Assembly: GCA_038131935.1 (NCBI GenBank)
Contig: JAYPQH010000033.1
Location: forward strand, 1 to 64,000
DNA from: Alphaproteobacteria bacterium
GTDB lineage: Bacteria; Pseudomonadota; Alphaproteobacteria; UBA8317
DNA length: 64,000 bases
Direction of reading: 5' to 3'
Shown: positions 35,476-47,004 of the stretch, in pieces
Layout of the letters: every line of letters begins with the position of its first letter
How positions within the stretch are numbered: the stretch's first letter is position 1
Translations under genes and position numbers: made by a program
Notes under the pieces: model-generated
Database searches by the model: none
What the model saw: only the letters and a program-made list of their open reading frames with translations
What the model was told of the DNA's origin: nothing

Positions 35476-38400
35476 TTAAGCGGCATTCTTCTCTTGGCTG
35501 GCTTGATAAAATTTGTTCAAGGCAGCCTCGAGTTCCTTTTCTGCTCGAGCCATATTTTCGCACTTTACAGGACCAAATCCCTTTATGGTGGCAAATGCGT
35601 CAAGAATAGCATCTACATGCTGAATTGTGCGTTCATCAATTTGATCTGATATATCATGTAATATGGTGACAAAACGTTCCCGCCATTCATTTTCTGATTG
35701 CCTCTCTTGTGTCCAAGAGAACGGATTAAAAGGTGTGAACCGTAAAAATTTACATTTGGCTAAAAATTTCATGGGCGTCAAAATCCAAGAGCCGAATTTT
35801 CGTTTTTTGGGTCTTCCCGTAAGCTTATCGATACCTGGGAGAAATGGTGGGGCTAGGTATAAGGAAAAAGATCCCTGGTGCTTGAATTCCCGGTCAAGTT
35901 TTTCTTGAAAGTCCACAGATGTGTAAAGCCTAGAGATTTCAAATTCATCTTTGATAGCAAATAGGCGGAAGCCAACATCCAAAGCTTTTGAATAGAGCCG
36001 TTTGTCTTGGTCGCTTACCGTTGAAACAGATCCCTCAAATGCGGTCATGATGGCTTCAAATCGTGATGCATAAGCATCATTATGGTAATCCTTTAATTTG
36101 GCTTTATAATCACCAAGGTCATTTTTATGTTCTGTTATTGGCTCTTTCAACGTGAACCCATTGACCACAGCTGCACCAAGTTGGAAGGCTTTTTGATTGT
36201 TTTCAACCTGGACACCATTCAAAGATATGGCTTCCATCAGTGCATCATAGGACAAAGGCAAGAGACCTCTTTGCCATGAGTTTCCCAGCATAATCATGTT
36301 GGCATACATACTATCTCCAAAGCCCGCACGAGAAATGGACTCCGCATCTATGGACACCAAGCTTTGGACTTTTGTCTTTAAAAATTCCAACCGATCTGGT
36401 GAGGATTTAAGGCCTTTGTTACCCTTGGATATAATAAATTCTTTGGTAGGTATAACAGACGTATTGGCAACCATACTGGTTCTTTGATTGTTGAGTGTTT
36501 TGAGCATGTCAGCTGATGTTGCGGTGACAAGGTCACAAGCGATAAACGCGTCTGCTGAGCCTGGGATAATGCGCCCGGTGTGAACAGCTTGGTCTTGAGA
36601 GAATTTGATAGCTGCAGTCACAGCGCCGCCTTTTTGTGCCAAGCCACTGATATCAGCACTGGCAACATTCAAGCCATCTAAATGAGCTGCTGTAGAACAG
36701 ATCGCAGAGATCGTCATGATACCGGTTCCCCCAACACCAGTCATCACCATGTTAAAGAAAGGCTGGTTCTCCCAAACAGGTTGTTTTGGAGGGGTTATGA
36801 ATGTTGTTAGGCTTTGAAGATCCACTTTTTTGGGGGGCTGTATTGAACCCCCCTCTATCTCCACGAAGGATGGGCAAAAGCCCTTTAAACAAGACATATC
36901 TGTGTTACAATTGGTCTGATTAATTTGTCGTTTGCGACCCAATTCTGTTTCTAAAGGTTCTATAGCGATACAATTTGATTGAATGGAACAGTCTCCACAT
37001 CCCTCGCAAACGGCATCATAGATAAATAGCTTTTTGGTATCAGCAGGCCGCTTTCCTCGCTTGATTTGACGTCGCTTTTCCGTGGCGCAGACTTGTTCAT
37101 GAATAAGCACCGATACACCAGGTAATGTCGTCATCTTCTCTTGAACAGATAAGATTTCATCACGATGATAAACGGCTATACCTAAACCGTTGTGAATTTC
37201 GGGGCGATCACTGGTCACAAAAATATGCTGCACCCCTTCAGCCCGGACTTGAGCTACGATGCTTGAAACCGTTTGTTGGCCATCTACAGACTGCCCACCT
37301 GTCATGGCCACAGCATCATTGAAAAGGATCTTGAAGCCTATTGTTTCACCACTTGCTACGGCTTGTCTTATGGCTAATGTTTGTGAGTGGAAGTAGGTTC
37401 CGTCACCAACATTTGCCCATGCATATCCCGGTTCCCTGAACGGAGCGGCACCAATAATCGTCATACCTTCCCCACCCATATGGGTATAACCTTCTGTTGA
37501 CTTTCCTTCTTGCAGCTGAACCATCGCGTGGCATCCGATACCAGCGCCAACACGTGCATTGGGAAGAACGCGTGTACCTGTATTATGAGGGCAGCCAGAA
37601 CAAAAAATGTGGCACACGTTCAGAAAAACACCTTTGCCTCAATTTTTTTGATCTAATGGTGCCAAAAATTGTTGCAACCTCTTAACAAGTTCATTGTCAG
37701 CTCCAATCGTCAGAAGCTTTAACAGCGCGCGCGCGCAATCTTTTGATTCTAACGTAACAACTTCTGATAAAAGTGGTTGGCCTTGCGCATCAGTTTTACC
37801 CCAAATCATAGGCCTTTGGGGATGGTGGTAGAGAATGTCTCGAATTTGTGGTTCTAAAAACCGCCTTTTGGGATCTAATACGAGAATAGAATGCTTCGTC
37901 GTGGCAAATTCCGTAAGACCTTGTGGTTCTAATGGCCATGTAACACCAACTTTGTAAACAGCCAGGGAAGCTTCTTGAAGTATGTCTTCATCAATACCCA
38001 ATTCGGCAAATAGATCATAAATTAATCCCATGCCATGTCCTGAGGTAATGATACCAAATTTAGCTTGGGTAGGGCCAAGCACTTGTTTGTTGAGCTGGTT
38101 ATGCCGAATGTAGGATAGTGCTGCAGGTAGCCGGATTTCACGAAGTGTTTGTTCTACAACCACCCTATCTTGTAGGCGCGGTACAAAACGTCCTCCATGG
38201 GTACTGTACCCTGGTGCCGTCTCGGGTATGAGGAATTCTTGAGTGGATGGTAGGTAAATCCCTGATCCATCCATCAATTCTGGGGTTACCGTCATTGCAG
38301 TCCATACACCGGCAAAACGTGACATGGCCCATCCATGTAAGCCCATATCTATGATATCTTGTACATGCATCGGGCTGAAAACAGGCATCTCAAGATCGGC

Positions 38401-38892
38401 AAAACTAACATCGGTTTGGGATGCAATTGTGGATGATTTGGCAACAGGGTCATCCCCACCTATGGCCAAAACGCCTCCCCATGGATCTGTCCCATAAATG
38501 TTTGCATGTCGAATGGGATCGCCTGAACGATCAATGCCGGGCGCTTTGGCGTAGAAAAGACCAAAAACACCGTCAAAGAGTTTGCTACTATCGCGATGGA
38601 TTTGCTGGGTACCCCATACCATGGTAGCGCCGAGATCTTCATTTACTGCAGGACGAAAAACAATATCATGGGCGTCGAGTAAGGCTTTTGCACGTGTCAT
38701 TTGCATATCAACACCGCCAACAGGGCTTCCACGATAGCCCGTAACAAATCCAGCAGTATGTCGATCAGCAGCTTTATCTCGGCGTGCTTGCTCCAACACA
38801 AGACGCACAAGGGCTTGGGTTCCTGTCATCAAGGAAGGGCCGTCATGCTCATGATATTTATCATCTAACGAAAAATTTGGTCTCAGCCCCAT
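35476..38892 (-). CDS. Fused indolepyruvate:ferredoxin oxidoreductase family protein (indel near 37645)
   Basis: GYRGSP, VNEDLGAT, FCSGCPHN, GDGTYFHS TPP site, CEGCGDC ferredoxin motif, GVGGTG, GLAQKGGAV and KDEFEI.RL across two ORFs. Confidence 0.9.
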
Positions 38893-38970
38893 GTAGAACC
38901 TCCCTTCCCGCGTTACCGTCTATCCTTAGCAGCTTCAATCATGACAGACAATTTAAACAGCATTGGCGTT

Positions 38971-40002
38971 TCACCATTTCTGATCATTCTGTCCTAATAA
39001 CCAGCGTTGGGTAAGATAGCCTGACAGCAGCATGGTTATGGTTGCAAGTAATGACCAAGGGGAAAGAGTCCCCATCCCTGTGATCGCCTGACCCGTGGTA
39101 CAGCCAAGCGCCAAAACCCCACCTATCCCCATCAAAACAGAACCTAAGAAATAACGCACGTGATCCTTGGTATGCGCAAAGCTTTGCCAGGTGAATGTTT
39201 TCCCTAGGACGGCTGATCCAAAAGCACCAAGCATGGTTCCCCCAACCAATGCGGTCGCAAAGGTGGGTGCAACGCCACTAGCCAACATAATATACACCAA
39301 ACCCTCGGCTGTAGGGACAACGAAGGAAAAAGATGCTGGCGGCATAGGGTCAAAATCATCTGCACCAAAATGAAGTGTTAGCCACCAAGATACAACAACA
39401 AGAACACCCACGATCAAGCCACCAAATGTCAGTGCTGACCACCTCATTTTTATTGCAAGGATCACAATTAAAAGACCTAAGATGATGGAAACCACCAATT
39501 GAAATGCTTCAGGTAGCAGATTGATGAGGCTTTCTTGTGGAAAAGATATAGGCATAAAAGACTGGAACCATAGTCGTGGAACAGCCAATATTCCTTTGAA
39601 TGTTGCATAAGATGATAGACCGATAATCAACACACCAAACAATGCACGTAAATTACCGGTAGCTGCCAGTACGAGAAGGCGGGCAGGACACCCACGCGTT
39701 AGCATCATACCTACCCCAAATATGGTTGCCCCAAATAAAAGCGAAATGATCCCAAATTGCTCTGGAACGTAATTGGTTTGCGTCAGCAAAAGCATTTCGG
39801 TCTGAACCAGCCATTGGGTTCCTATGATAGCAATTCCAAGAGCGGCAAGCCAGCCTGTGAATGATGAAAAACCTTTACCAATGGCTAGGTCATAAACCCC
39901 TCTGCGGACACAAAACTGTGTACGTTGCGCAACAGATCCATAGACAATGCCCAAACCTAATCCGATCAATACCATGATGGTGCGAACTTCTAATGATTCC
40001 AA
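38971..40002 (-). CDS. YeeE/YedE family sulfur-compound transporter
   Basis: Multi-TM protein with the three conserved Cys motifs R.QFC, GMMLTRGC and LALGC. Confidence 0.85.
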   Translation of the reverse strand: MESLEVRTIMVLIGLGLGIVYGSVAQRTQFCVRRGVYDLAIGKGFSSFTGWLAALGIAIIGTQWLVQTEMLLLTQTNYVPEQFGIISLLFGATIFGVGMMLTRGCPARLLVLAATGNLRALFGVLIIGLSSYATFKGILAVPRLWFQSFMPISFPQESLINLLPEAFQLVVSIILGLLIVILAIKMRWSALTFGGLIVGVLVVVSWWLTLHFGADDFDPMPPASFSFVVPTAEGLVYIMLASGVAPTFATALVGGTMLGAFGSAVLGKTFTWQSFAHTKDHVRYFLGSVLMGIGGVLALGCTTGQAITGMGTLSPWSLLATITMLLSGYLTQRWLLGQNDQKW

Positions 40003-40133
40003 AGTTGATTTCCTTCTGCCCCATTTAAATTCAAGCCAAAAAACTTTTTGGCCAAAATGCTGTCACGACCTGCAAGAACGCTCACATTAGTGATATGTAT
40101 ATCCTTCTTTGATCATATTATGAGCGGTTTGTC

Positions 40134-40748
40134 TTGATATTTGAAGTTGTTGACAGCGTAGGTTTGGCGGTTGCCACACTAATTTTCGTGCTCTCACCAG
40201 GTGCAGGGGTATTGGCTTTGTTGGCTGTGGGGCTCCGACAGGGCTGGCAAGCCGCGATCACCCTAGCGACCGGTCTTATTGTCGCAGATATGTTTTATCT
40301 GTTGCTCGCTCTTTTTGGCTTGGGGTTGGTGGGAAATTATCTACCGTCTATTTTGCAAACAGCGCGTATTGTTGGAGCTCTTTATCTTGTCTATCTGGGT
40401 ATCATGACCTGTCGTGCAGCTCCTCCGACACAGATTGATCAAGCGCAGAAACGAAGCCATCTTGTGCTATTTGCTGCAGGTTTTGGTATTTCTATAACAA
40501 ATCCCAAGGTTGTACTTTTTTATCTTGGCTTTTTGCCAGCATTCGTGGATTTGGAGAGGGTCTCAATTTCTGTAGCTGCTTGGGTCGTGTTTGTGGTGGT
40601 AAGTATGTTGTATGTGGGATGTTGGTTCTATGCTTTGGCCTGCCATCATGCCCGAACGATATTACTCGATCCGCGCAGAGGACAAATGGTACAATATATT
40701 TCTGGCCTTTTGATGATGTTGGCAGCCTGTTGGATTATTTTTGTATGA
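40134..40748 (+). CDS. LysE/RhtB family exporter
   Basis: SPG, GALYLVYLG and TNPKVVLFY; about six TM segments. Confidence 0.88.
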   Translation: MIFEVVDSVGLAVATLIFVLSPGAGVLALLAVGLRQGWQAAITLATGLIVADMFYLLLALFGLGLVGNYLPSILQTARIVGALYLVYLGIMTCRAAPPTQIDQAQKRSHLVLFAAGFGISITNPKVVLFYLGFLPAFVDLERVSISVAAWVVFVVVSMLYVGCWFYALACHHARTILLDPRRGQMVQYISGLLMMLAACWIIFV

Positions 40749-42754
40749 CAAAATCATCAGCCAGCAACAAAAAGACCGCAAAAAAAACAAAAAATATGGC
40801 TAGTCCTCGTCCCAAACGTCTTGCCTCTGCTTCCAAGGCTACGAAGAAAAATGTGCAAACCCCACGCAAAAGTTCGTTTGTGATGCGCATGACCAAATGG
40901 CTTGTGGTCTTATGCATATGGATGATGGTGGCCTTCTCAGCTGTGATTTCATATTATGCAGTAACGCTTCCTGATACTGATAAGCTTACAGACCCTAGGG
41001 CATATGGATCTGTGAGGATTTTGGATAGGTACGGAAATTTTTTGGCGGAACGTGGCCAAAAACATGAAGGAGTTGTGTCATGGGATGCGGTCCCAGCCCA
41101 TCTTGTTGAGGCCATTCTGGCAACAGAGGACCGTCATTTTTATTATCACCTTGGCTTCGATCCTATTGGTATTGCACGGGCTATGTATACGAACTTGTCT
41201 GCAGGTACCGTGGTGCAAGGAGGCTCTACGTTAACACAACAACTTGCCAAAGACCTCTTTTTCTCCTCAGAAAAAAGCATCGAGCGGAAGGTCAAAGAAA
41301 TTTTGTTGGCGGTATGGTTAGAGTTCCGTTTCACCAAGCAAGAATTGCTAACTTTTTATCTCAATCGGGTTTATTTGGGCGGTGGTACGTATGGATTTCC
41401 TGCGGCAGCACGCTTCTACTTTGACAAAGATGTGAAGGAACTCTCACTTGGTGAGTCAGCACTTCTTGCGGGCTTACTGAAGGCTCCTTCAAGGCTCTCA
41501 CCCTTTGCCAACCTGGAGGCATCCTACAAGCGTATGGCTTTGGTTCTCCTTCGGATGGTTGAGGTGGGTTACATCACCATGTCTGAGCGCGACAAGGTGA
41601 TCTCACAACCACCGCGTCCACGTCACGTGATCGCTGATGGTTCAAGTTATTTCGTTGACAATGTTCTCGACGAGTTAACCCAGATTTCTCATGATGTACG
41701 TGATGATATTGTTGTTCAAACCAGTTATGATCCCTTGCTGCAATCTCTGGCGAACGATGTCGTTACAAAAAAGTTAAAGACGGCAGATGACCCCAAATTG
41801 CAAGCAGCCGTGCTGATTATGGATACGGATGGAGGTATCCGTGCCATGATAGGAGGAAGATCATATGCTGAGAGCACGTTCAACCGTGCAACACAGGCAA
41901 AAAGACAGCCGGGATCTGCTTTTAAAGCGGTTGTCTACTCCAAAGCGTTACAAGCTGGCATGACACCGTCGACCATGGTGCGTGACACCGAACAGTCATT
42001 TTCTGGTTACCGTCCCAAAAATTATAACAATAGGTACTTAGGGTCGGTAACCCTTCAACAGGCTTTGTCGCAATCCTCAAATGTTGTGGCGGTCAGTTTG
42101 GCAAAAAAAATAGGAATAAATAGGGTTATCGATCATGCAAAGCAAATGGGTATAGCCAGCCCCCTGCAACAAAATCTTTCAACAGCCTTAGGCAGTTCTG
42201 AGGTCACCTTGCTGGAGTTGGTTAATAGTTATGCCCTCTTTCCACGTGGGGGAATTGTATCACAACCCTATTCGATTAAGGATGTTCGTTTGCGCGACAA
42301 CAGCCCAATTTTTCGTCGTCAAAAACGAACAGCCCATGTGTTGTTGACCGAACGTGAAGCGCGCATGATGAATAGTATGTTGCGTCACGTCATTAAAGAT
42401 GGAACGGGTAAAGCGGCATATGTAGATGATCTTGATTTGGCAGGAAAAACTGGAACAACCTCAGGTTATCGCGATGCCTGGTTTGTGGGCTATTCAAGTG
42501 CTCTTGTCACAGGTATTTGGGTTGGTCATGATGATGCCACACCCACTCGTGCCGTGACAGGTGGAAAACTACCAGCAGAAATTTTCAAGGATATCATGGT
42601 TCCCGCTAGCCACCTTCAAGTGTCAAAGCCCCTGCCTTTATGGTCAAAGTCTTCAACAGAGGGGTCACGTTCTGTTCATTCGGAACGAATTGAGCAAAAT
42701 GCTAGTGATGATATGAGTTTAGGCGATCTTATTCGTCGTATATTTGGTGACTAA
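40745..42754 (+). CDS. Class A penicillin-binding protein (PBP1A family)
   Basis: EDRHFY.H.G, GGSTLTQQL and RK..E transglycosylase motifs; S.FK, S.N and KTG transpeptidase motifs. Confidence 0.93.
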   Translation: MTKSSASNKKTAKKTKNMASPRPKRLASASKATKKNVQTPRKSSFVMRMTKWLVVLCIWMMVAFSAVISYYAVTLPDTDKLTDPRAYGSVRILDRYGNFLAERGQKHEGVVSWDAVPAHLVEAILATEDRHFYYHLGFDPIGIARAMYTNLSAGTVVQGGSTLTQQLAKDLFFSSEKSIERKVKEILLAVWLEFRFTKQELLTFYLNRVYLGGGTYGFPAAARFYFDKDVKELSLGESALLAGLLKAPSRLSPFANLEASYKRMALVLLRMVEVGYITMSERDKVISQPPRPRHVIADGSSYFVDNVLDELTQISHDVRDDIVVQTSYDPLLQSLANDVVTKKLKTADDPKLQAAVLIMDTDGGIRAMIGGRSYAESTFNRATQAKRQPGSAFKAVVYSKALQAGMTPSTMVRDTEQSFSGYRPKNYNNRYLGSVTLQQALSQSSNVVAVSLAKKIGINRVIDHAKQMGIASPLQQNLSTALGSSEVTLLELVNSYALFPRGGIVSQPYSIKDVRLRDNSPIFRRQKRTAHVLLTEREARMMNSMLRHVIKDGTGKAAYVDDLDLAGKTGTTSGYRDAWFVGYSSALVTGIWVGHDDATPTRAVTGGKLPAEIFKDIMVPASHLQVSKPLPLWSKSSTEGSRSVHSERIEQNASDDMSLGDLIRRIFGD

Positions 42755-43439
42755 CAGCTCTTACGGCTTGATCTGAAAAATCTACCGCCATCCACTTCGT
42801 TGCGTTTTCTCGCAATATCTCACGGTGATGGCGATAATCAGGGTCAAATTGCTTTACCAACGCCCAAAAATCAGGGCTATGGTTCATATGTTTAAGGTGG
42901 CATAACTCATGTATCATCACATAGTCGCGAATTATTCTTGGCATCATGATCAGACGAAAAGAGAGTGAAATATTACCCTTTATGCTGCATGATCCCCATC
43001 GTGACTTTGTGTCTTTAATTCTGACGCCATTTGGTTTCATACCCATTTTCAAGCCCAGTTCACACAACCGTTCATTTAATGTTTTATGGGCCATGTCTTT
43101 GAGATGGTTTAGCACAGATGTGCCTGGACGCGAAAATGGAATTTTTATTTTTTGGTGCTCTACATCCAGAGAAATTTTTGGATGTTGATGCAAAAAGCTT
43201 TTAAAAAAAACACCATCTAGTGGAAGCCAAGCTGCACCTAAGGTGGGAAGCGAGGCTTCTCGTCTCGCCATTTTTTCTTCTATCCAGTCTGCATGTCCAG
43301 CAAGGAATTCTTGTAGTTGTGTTTGTTTTGCACGAGGATGATGGCGAAGTGTAAAAGTTCCTGTCCGCGTATCAAAACGCAGTGAAAAGCCGCGGGTTTT
43401 GTGGTGTGGTATAATGTCGATACGAAGCTTTCTTTCCAT
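42729..43439 (-). CDS. YgjP/M48-like (DUF45) zinc metalloprotein
   Basis: KSRWGSCS and YVMIHELCHL..MNHS..FW. Confidence 0.88.
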   Translation of the reverse strand: MERKLRIDIIPHHKTRGFSLRFDTRTGTFTLRHHPRAKQTQLQEFLAGHADWIEEKMARREASLPTLGAAWLPLDGVFFKSFLHQHPKISLDVEHQKIKIPFSRPGTSVLNHLKDMAHKTLNERLCELGLKMGMKPNGVRIKDTKSRWGSCSIKGNISLSFRLIMMPRIIRDYVMIHELCHLKHMNHSPDFWALVKQFDPDYRHHREILRENATKWMAVDFSDQAVRAVSHQIYDE

Positions 43440-43614
43440 GCATGAACCTCTTTATGACGAGACGAGCTTAATGTTCGCCGTTCATCACAAGATATTACGT
43501 GAGACAAACATGTTGTTGAATATAGTGATTGTTTCTGAAAGCCACTCGCATCATAAATAGATGCAAGCTGACCACCATGATTGTCTTTTCCTTTTCAGGC
43601 TTAATCACCAGCAC

Positions 43615-44853
43615 TCATAAGGCGGTTGCATGTGTCCGCATAAATGTTTTCATGATGGGCTGAATTTCCGTGCGGAACCTGCGACCATTAAAAACGCCAT
43701 AATGTCCAACATGCTTTTGCAAATGATCCAAACGGCGGTCTGTGGGTATATTGATACAAATGTCATGGGCTGCTTTTGTCTGACCTATCCCTGAGATATC
43801 GTCATTTTCACCTTCGACGGTTAATAATGCGGTCCGTGTGATGGACGCAGGCTCAACATGTCTTCCAAAAACCTCCATGGTACCCTGTGGTAGCTCAAAA
43901 TCCTGAAATACCCTTTTAATGGTATCCAGGTAAAATTTAGCATCGAGATCCATGACAGAATTGTACTCATCATAAAATTGACGATGTTTTTCAGTGGAAT
44001 CACCGTCTCCACGCACAAGATTTTGGAACATTGCCATATGCTTGCCGAAATGATGATCCATATTCATTGCCATGAAACCAGTGAGTTGCAAAAATCCTGG
44101 ATAGACAGCACGCATGAAACCGGGATGCGGATATGGTACACGGCTAATCATGTTGCGCTCAAACCAATCCAAACTGCGCTCTGTGGCCAGTTTATTGGGT
44201 ACTGTTGGACTTTTGCGTGGGTCCACTGGTCCCCCCATGATCGTCATGGTGGCTGGTACCAATGGATCATTATCCTGATGCATGAGACTGACAGCAGCAA
44301 CAACAGCCGGGCCAGGTTGGCAAACAGCAATGACATGAACGTTAGGACCCAGATGTTTGATCATGCTGATAACGTTGTGGACATAGTGATCAAATCCGAA
44401 AATGCCATCTGTGAGCGGCACCATGCGCGCATCGCGCCAGTCAGAAATGTAAACGTCATGTTCGGGTAGCATCGCTGCAACAGTTCCACGTAAAAGGGTC
44501 GCAAAATGTCCTGACATTGGCGCGATCAACAACACCTTGGGATCATCTCGATGCTCAGTCATCCCTGGATCCCGTTGAAAATGTATGAGATCCACAAAAG
44601 TTTCCTGCATGACAACCTTGGGTGTTACTTGTGTTTCAACATCGTCAATAAGGGTCGAATGGATCTGCCAATCAGGTTTGCCATAGCGACGGGTATTGGC
44701 TTCAAACATTTCTAAAGCTGCCGCAGATGCTTTTCCCGCGAGTGTAAGCTTGAGTGGGTTAAGCGGATTTTGCAACATCTGCAAACTTGTCTTTGCCGCA
44801 GTGCGCATGGGGGAAATAGCGGCATGTGTTAATTCATAAGCGTGATACAGCAA
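43615..44853 (-). CDS. phaZ: Intracellular polyhydroxyalkanoate depolymerase
   Basis: APMSGHFATLLR, AVCQP catalytic Cys, VYPGFLQL, EGENDDISG and GHYGVF. Confidence 0.93.
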   Translation of the reverse strand: MLYHAYELTHAAISPMRTAAKTSLQMLQNPLNPLKLTLAGKASAAALEMFEANTRRYGKPDWQIHSTLIDDVETQVTPKVVMQETFVDLIHFQRDPGMTEHRDDPKVLLIAPMSGHFATLLRGTVAAMLPEHDVYISDWRDARMVPLTDGIFGFDHYVHNVISMIKHLGPNVHVIAVCQPGPAVVAAVSLMHQDNDPLVPATMTIMGGPVDPRKSPTVPNKLATERSLDWFERNMISRVPYPHPGFMRAVYPGFLQLTGFMAMNMDHHFGKHMAMFQNLVRGDGDSTEKHRQFYDEYNSVMDLDAKFYLDTIKRVFQDFELPQGTMEVFGRHVEPASITRTALLTVEGENDDISGIGQTKAAHDICINIPTDRRLDHLQKHVGHYGVFNGRRFRTEIQPIMKTFMRTHATAL

Positions 44854-44947
44854 TGTGTTTGGCCTCCAAACAAGATGGGCGCATGGATAAAGTGGAGCTT
44901 AGTAAAGCGGAAATGTCGCACCCTCACAAGCTGTAACATTCTCACCC

Positions 44948-45553
44948 TTATGATGAAAAGCTTTTTTTGATGCGCTGCAACATAAGTTCAAAGTCCGTTT
45001 GTGGGCTGAAGTGGGCAAGGTACTCACCGTTTTTATCCATCAGGTAAACAAATGCCGAGTGATCTATAAGATATCCAGCATTACTGCCTGGGTCCTCAGC
45101 CTTGCTGTAAAACACACGAAAAGATGAAGCAGCATCCTTGATATTTTCAGGGGTACCCGTAAGACCTATGATGGCTGGATGGAAGGATTTAAGGTAAGAC
45201 TGCATGGCCTGGGGCGTATCTCGGTCTGGGTCAACAGAGATTAAGATCGGATGAATTTTGTCAGCATCACGTCCTAATGCATCCAGCAATTGCCCTATTC
45301 TCATGAGCTCTGTGGGACAAACATCTGGACAATATGTAAAGCCAAAATAAACCAACATGGGTTTGCCATGGAAATCTTTTTGGGTAACCTTTTCACCCTC
45401 GACATTGACGAGATTGAATGATGCTGTGATGAGAGCTCGTCCTTGGTTTCCATCTTTTTGACCAGACAGGAAATTCGATATCATGGGCGTGGAAAACCAT
45501 GCGAGGATACCTACCAATATAACCAGCGGGAGCAACAATCTCATGCGTGACAT
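44948..45553 (-). CDS. senC: SCO1/SenC/PrrC copper chaperone
   Basis: YFGFTYCPDVCP, ISVDPDRDT and Y..DHS; adjacent to regB. Confidence 0.9.
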   Translation of the reverse strand: MSRMRLLLPLVILVGILAWFSTPMISNFLSGQKDGNQGRALITASFNLVNVEGEKVTQKDFHGKPMLVYFGFTYCPDVCPTELMRIGQLLDALGRDADKIHPILISVDPDRDTPQAMQSYLKSFHPAIIGLTGTPENIKDAASSFRVFYSKAEDPGSNAGYLIDHSAFVYLMDKNGEYLAHFSPQTDFELMLQRIKKSFSS

Positions 45554-45652
45554 TAAAGAAATCCCCAAAACAGAAAAAAATAGCTTGATGATTTTGTACT
45601 ATGACACAGCTTATAGTCATAGCAATCGGCAGTTTGAAGGGTACTGTACATA

Positions 45653-46933
45653 ATGCAGGAAGTTTCCCGAGGGGCAATTGTCGATGCCATTGTGGGTTTT
45701 AGGTGGGTAATGCTCCTGGGCCAGGCCATGGCTATAGCAACAGGTGCGCTTGCCTTAGCTGAGCAAGATAACTTTGCAACTCTTTTGACTGTGCTACTTA
45801 TTGGCCATCTGCCCACTTACTCGCTTGCTCTTTACCCAAGATGGTTTGTTCCATCCAACTGGCGGCTAGAACTGCTTTTTATTTATGATCTCATTCATAA
45901 CGGTTTGATTATTTGGCTGGCGGGGGGAATTTTTAACCCCTTTCTTCTATTGATGATTGTACCTGTCACATCGGCAGCTATTGTCTGCAGACTTGGGTCT
46001 ACATTTCGGTTGATGGGTTTTGCCGTTTTTTTGATCATCATTATTGGTATCGATAGTTACCACCGTTTGGCGAATAATTTTCAGAGTGATGTGCTTCTGA
46101 CCTATATAAGCATGACGGGGATGGCATTCATTCTTGCCATATGTTTTGCGAGCATCATTGCCTTCCGATTGACCCGAGAGGGTAAACGTTTAGAGACGGC
46201 AGCTGGCCTTTTACGTTCAATGCTTGAACGCGAGCGTGGGGTCAGTGCTTTGGGAGCGCATGCAGCTGCAACTGCCCATGAACTTGGCTCTCCACTGTCA
46301 ACGATTGCAATTATTGCGAGTGAACTGACGAAGGATAAAAGGTTGCCAGACGATGTTGTTAATGACCTTACGGAGCTCCGTGATCAGACAAGACGATGTC
46401 GTGAGATATTGAGCGATTTGGCGCGTCGTGGGGAGGTACCAGATCAACAAGAATGTGAGTGGTTGCCTCTCAATGTTACAATAGATCGCGCGCTGCATCG
46501 TATCACGGACAGCGATAAAAAATGGTTGCGGGTGCAATATATGGAGAATGGGCGGCAGGTTGACCCAAGAATAGACCATGCTCCCTTCCTACCAGATTTG
46601 CCGGGCATAACACTGGCTTTTAAATCCCTGATAGAGAATGCTCTACGGTTTGGTCGTAACCGAGTCGACATTGTATGTTCTTGGTGTGATGATGAAGTTT
46701 CAATTGCCATTAGAGATGATGGGCCAGGCTTTGCGCGAGATGTTATTGAACGGCTTGGCGAACCTTTTGTCAAAGATCAATGGTCCAACGGTTTGGGTCT
46801 AGGTGTGTTTACAGCCCAAGCTCTGCTCACACGCTCTGGTGCAAAAATTTCGTTCCATAACCGTTCTGATCCAGGTGGTGCAGAGGTTTTTATCATGTGG
46901 GATCGCGGCGCAATGACGCAGTTAATGGCCTAA
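45653..46933 (+). CDS. regB: RegB/PrrB/ActS redox sensor histidine kinase
   Basis: GGIFNPF quinone-binding motif, AHELGSPL H-box, redox Cys in RRCREIL, DDGPGF and GLGLG. Confidence 0.9.
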   Translation: MQEVSRGAIVDAIVGFRWVMLLGQAMAIATGALALAEQDNFATLLTVLLIGHLPTYSLALYPRWFVPSNWRLELLFIYDLIHNGLIIWLAGGIFNPFLLLMIVPVTSAAIVCRLGSTFRLMGFAVFLIIIIGIDSYHRLANNFQSDVLLTYISMTGMAFILAICFASIIAFRLTREGKRLETAAGLLRSMLERERGVSALGAHAAATAHELGSPLSTIAIIASELTKDKRLPDDVVNDLTELRDQTRRCREILSDLARRGEVPDQQECEWLPLNVTIDRALHRITDSDKKWLRVQYMENGRQVDPRIDHAPFLPDLPGITLAFKSLIENALRFGRNRVDIVCSWCDDEVSIAIRDDGPGFARDVIERLGEPFVKDQWSNGLGLGVFTAQALLTRSGAKISFHNRSDPGGAEVFIMWDRGAMTQLMA

Positions 46934-47004
46934 ATTGGTAAAATCGCTTGCTTTTAAGCAGCTTCGAACGATCTTTTAGGTGAGGTGATAGATAGGAGTA
47001 TCAT

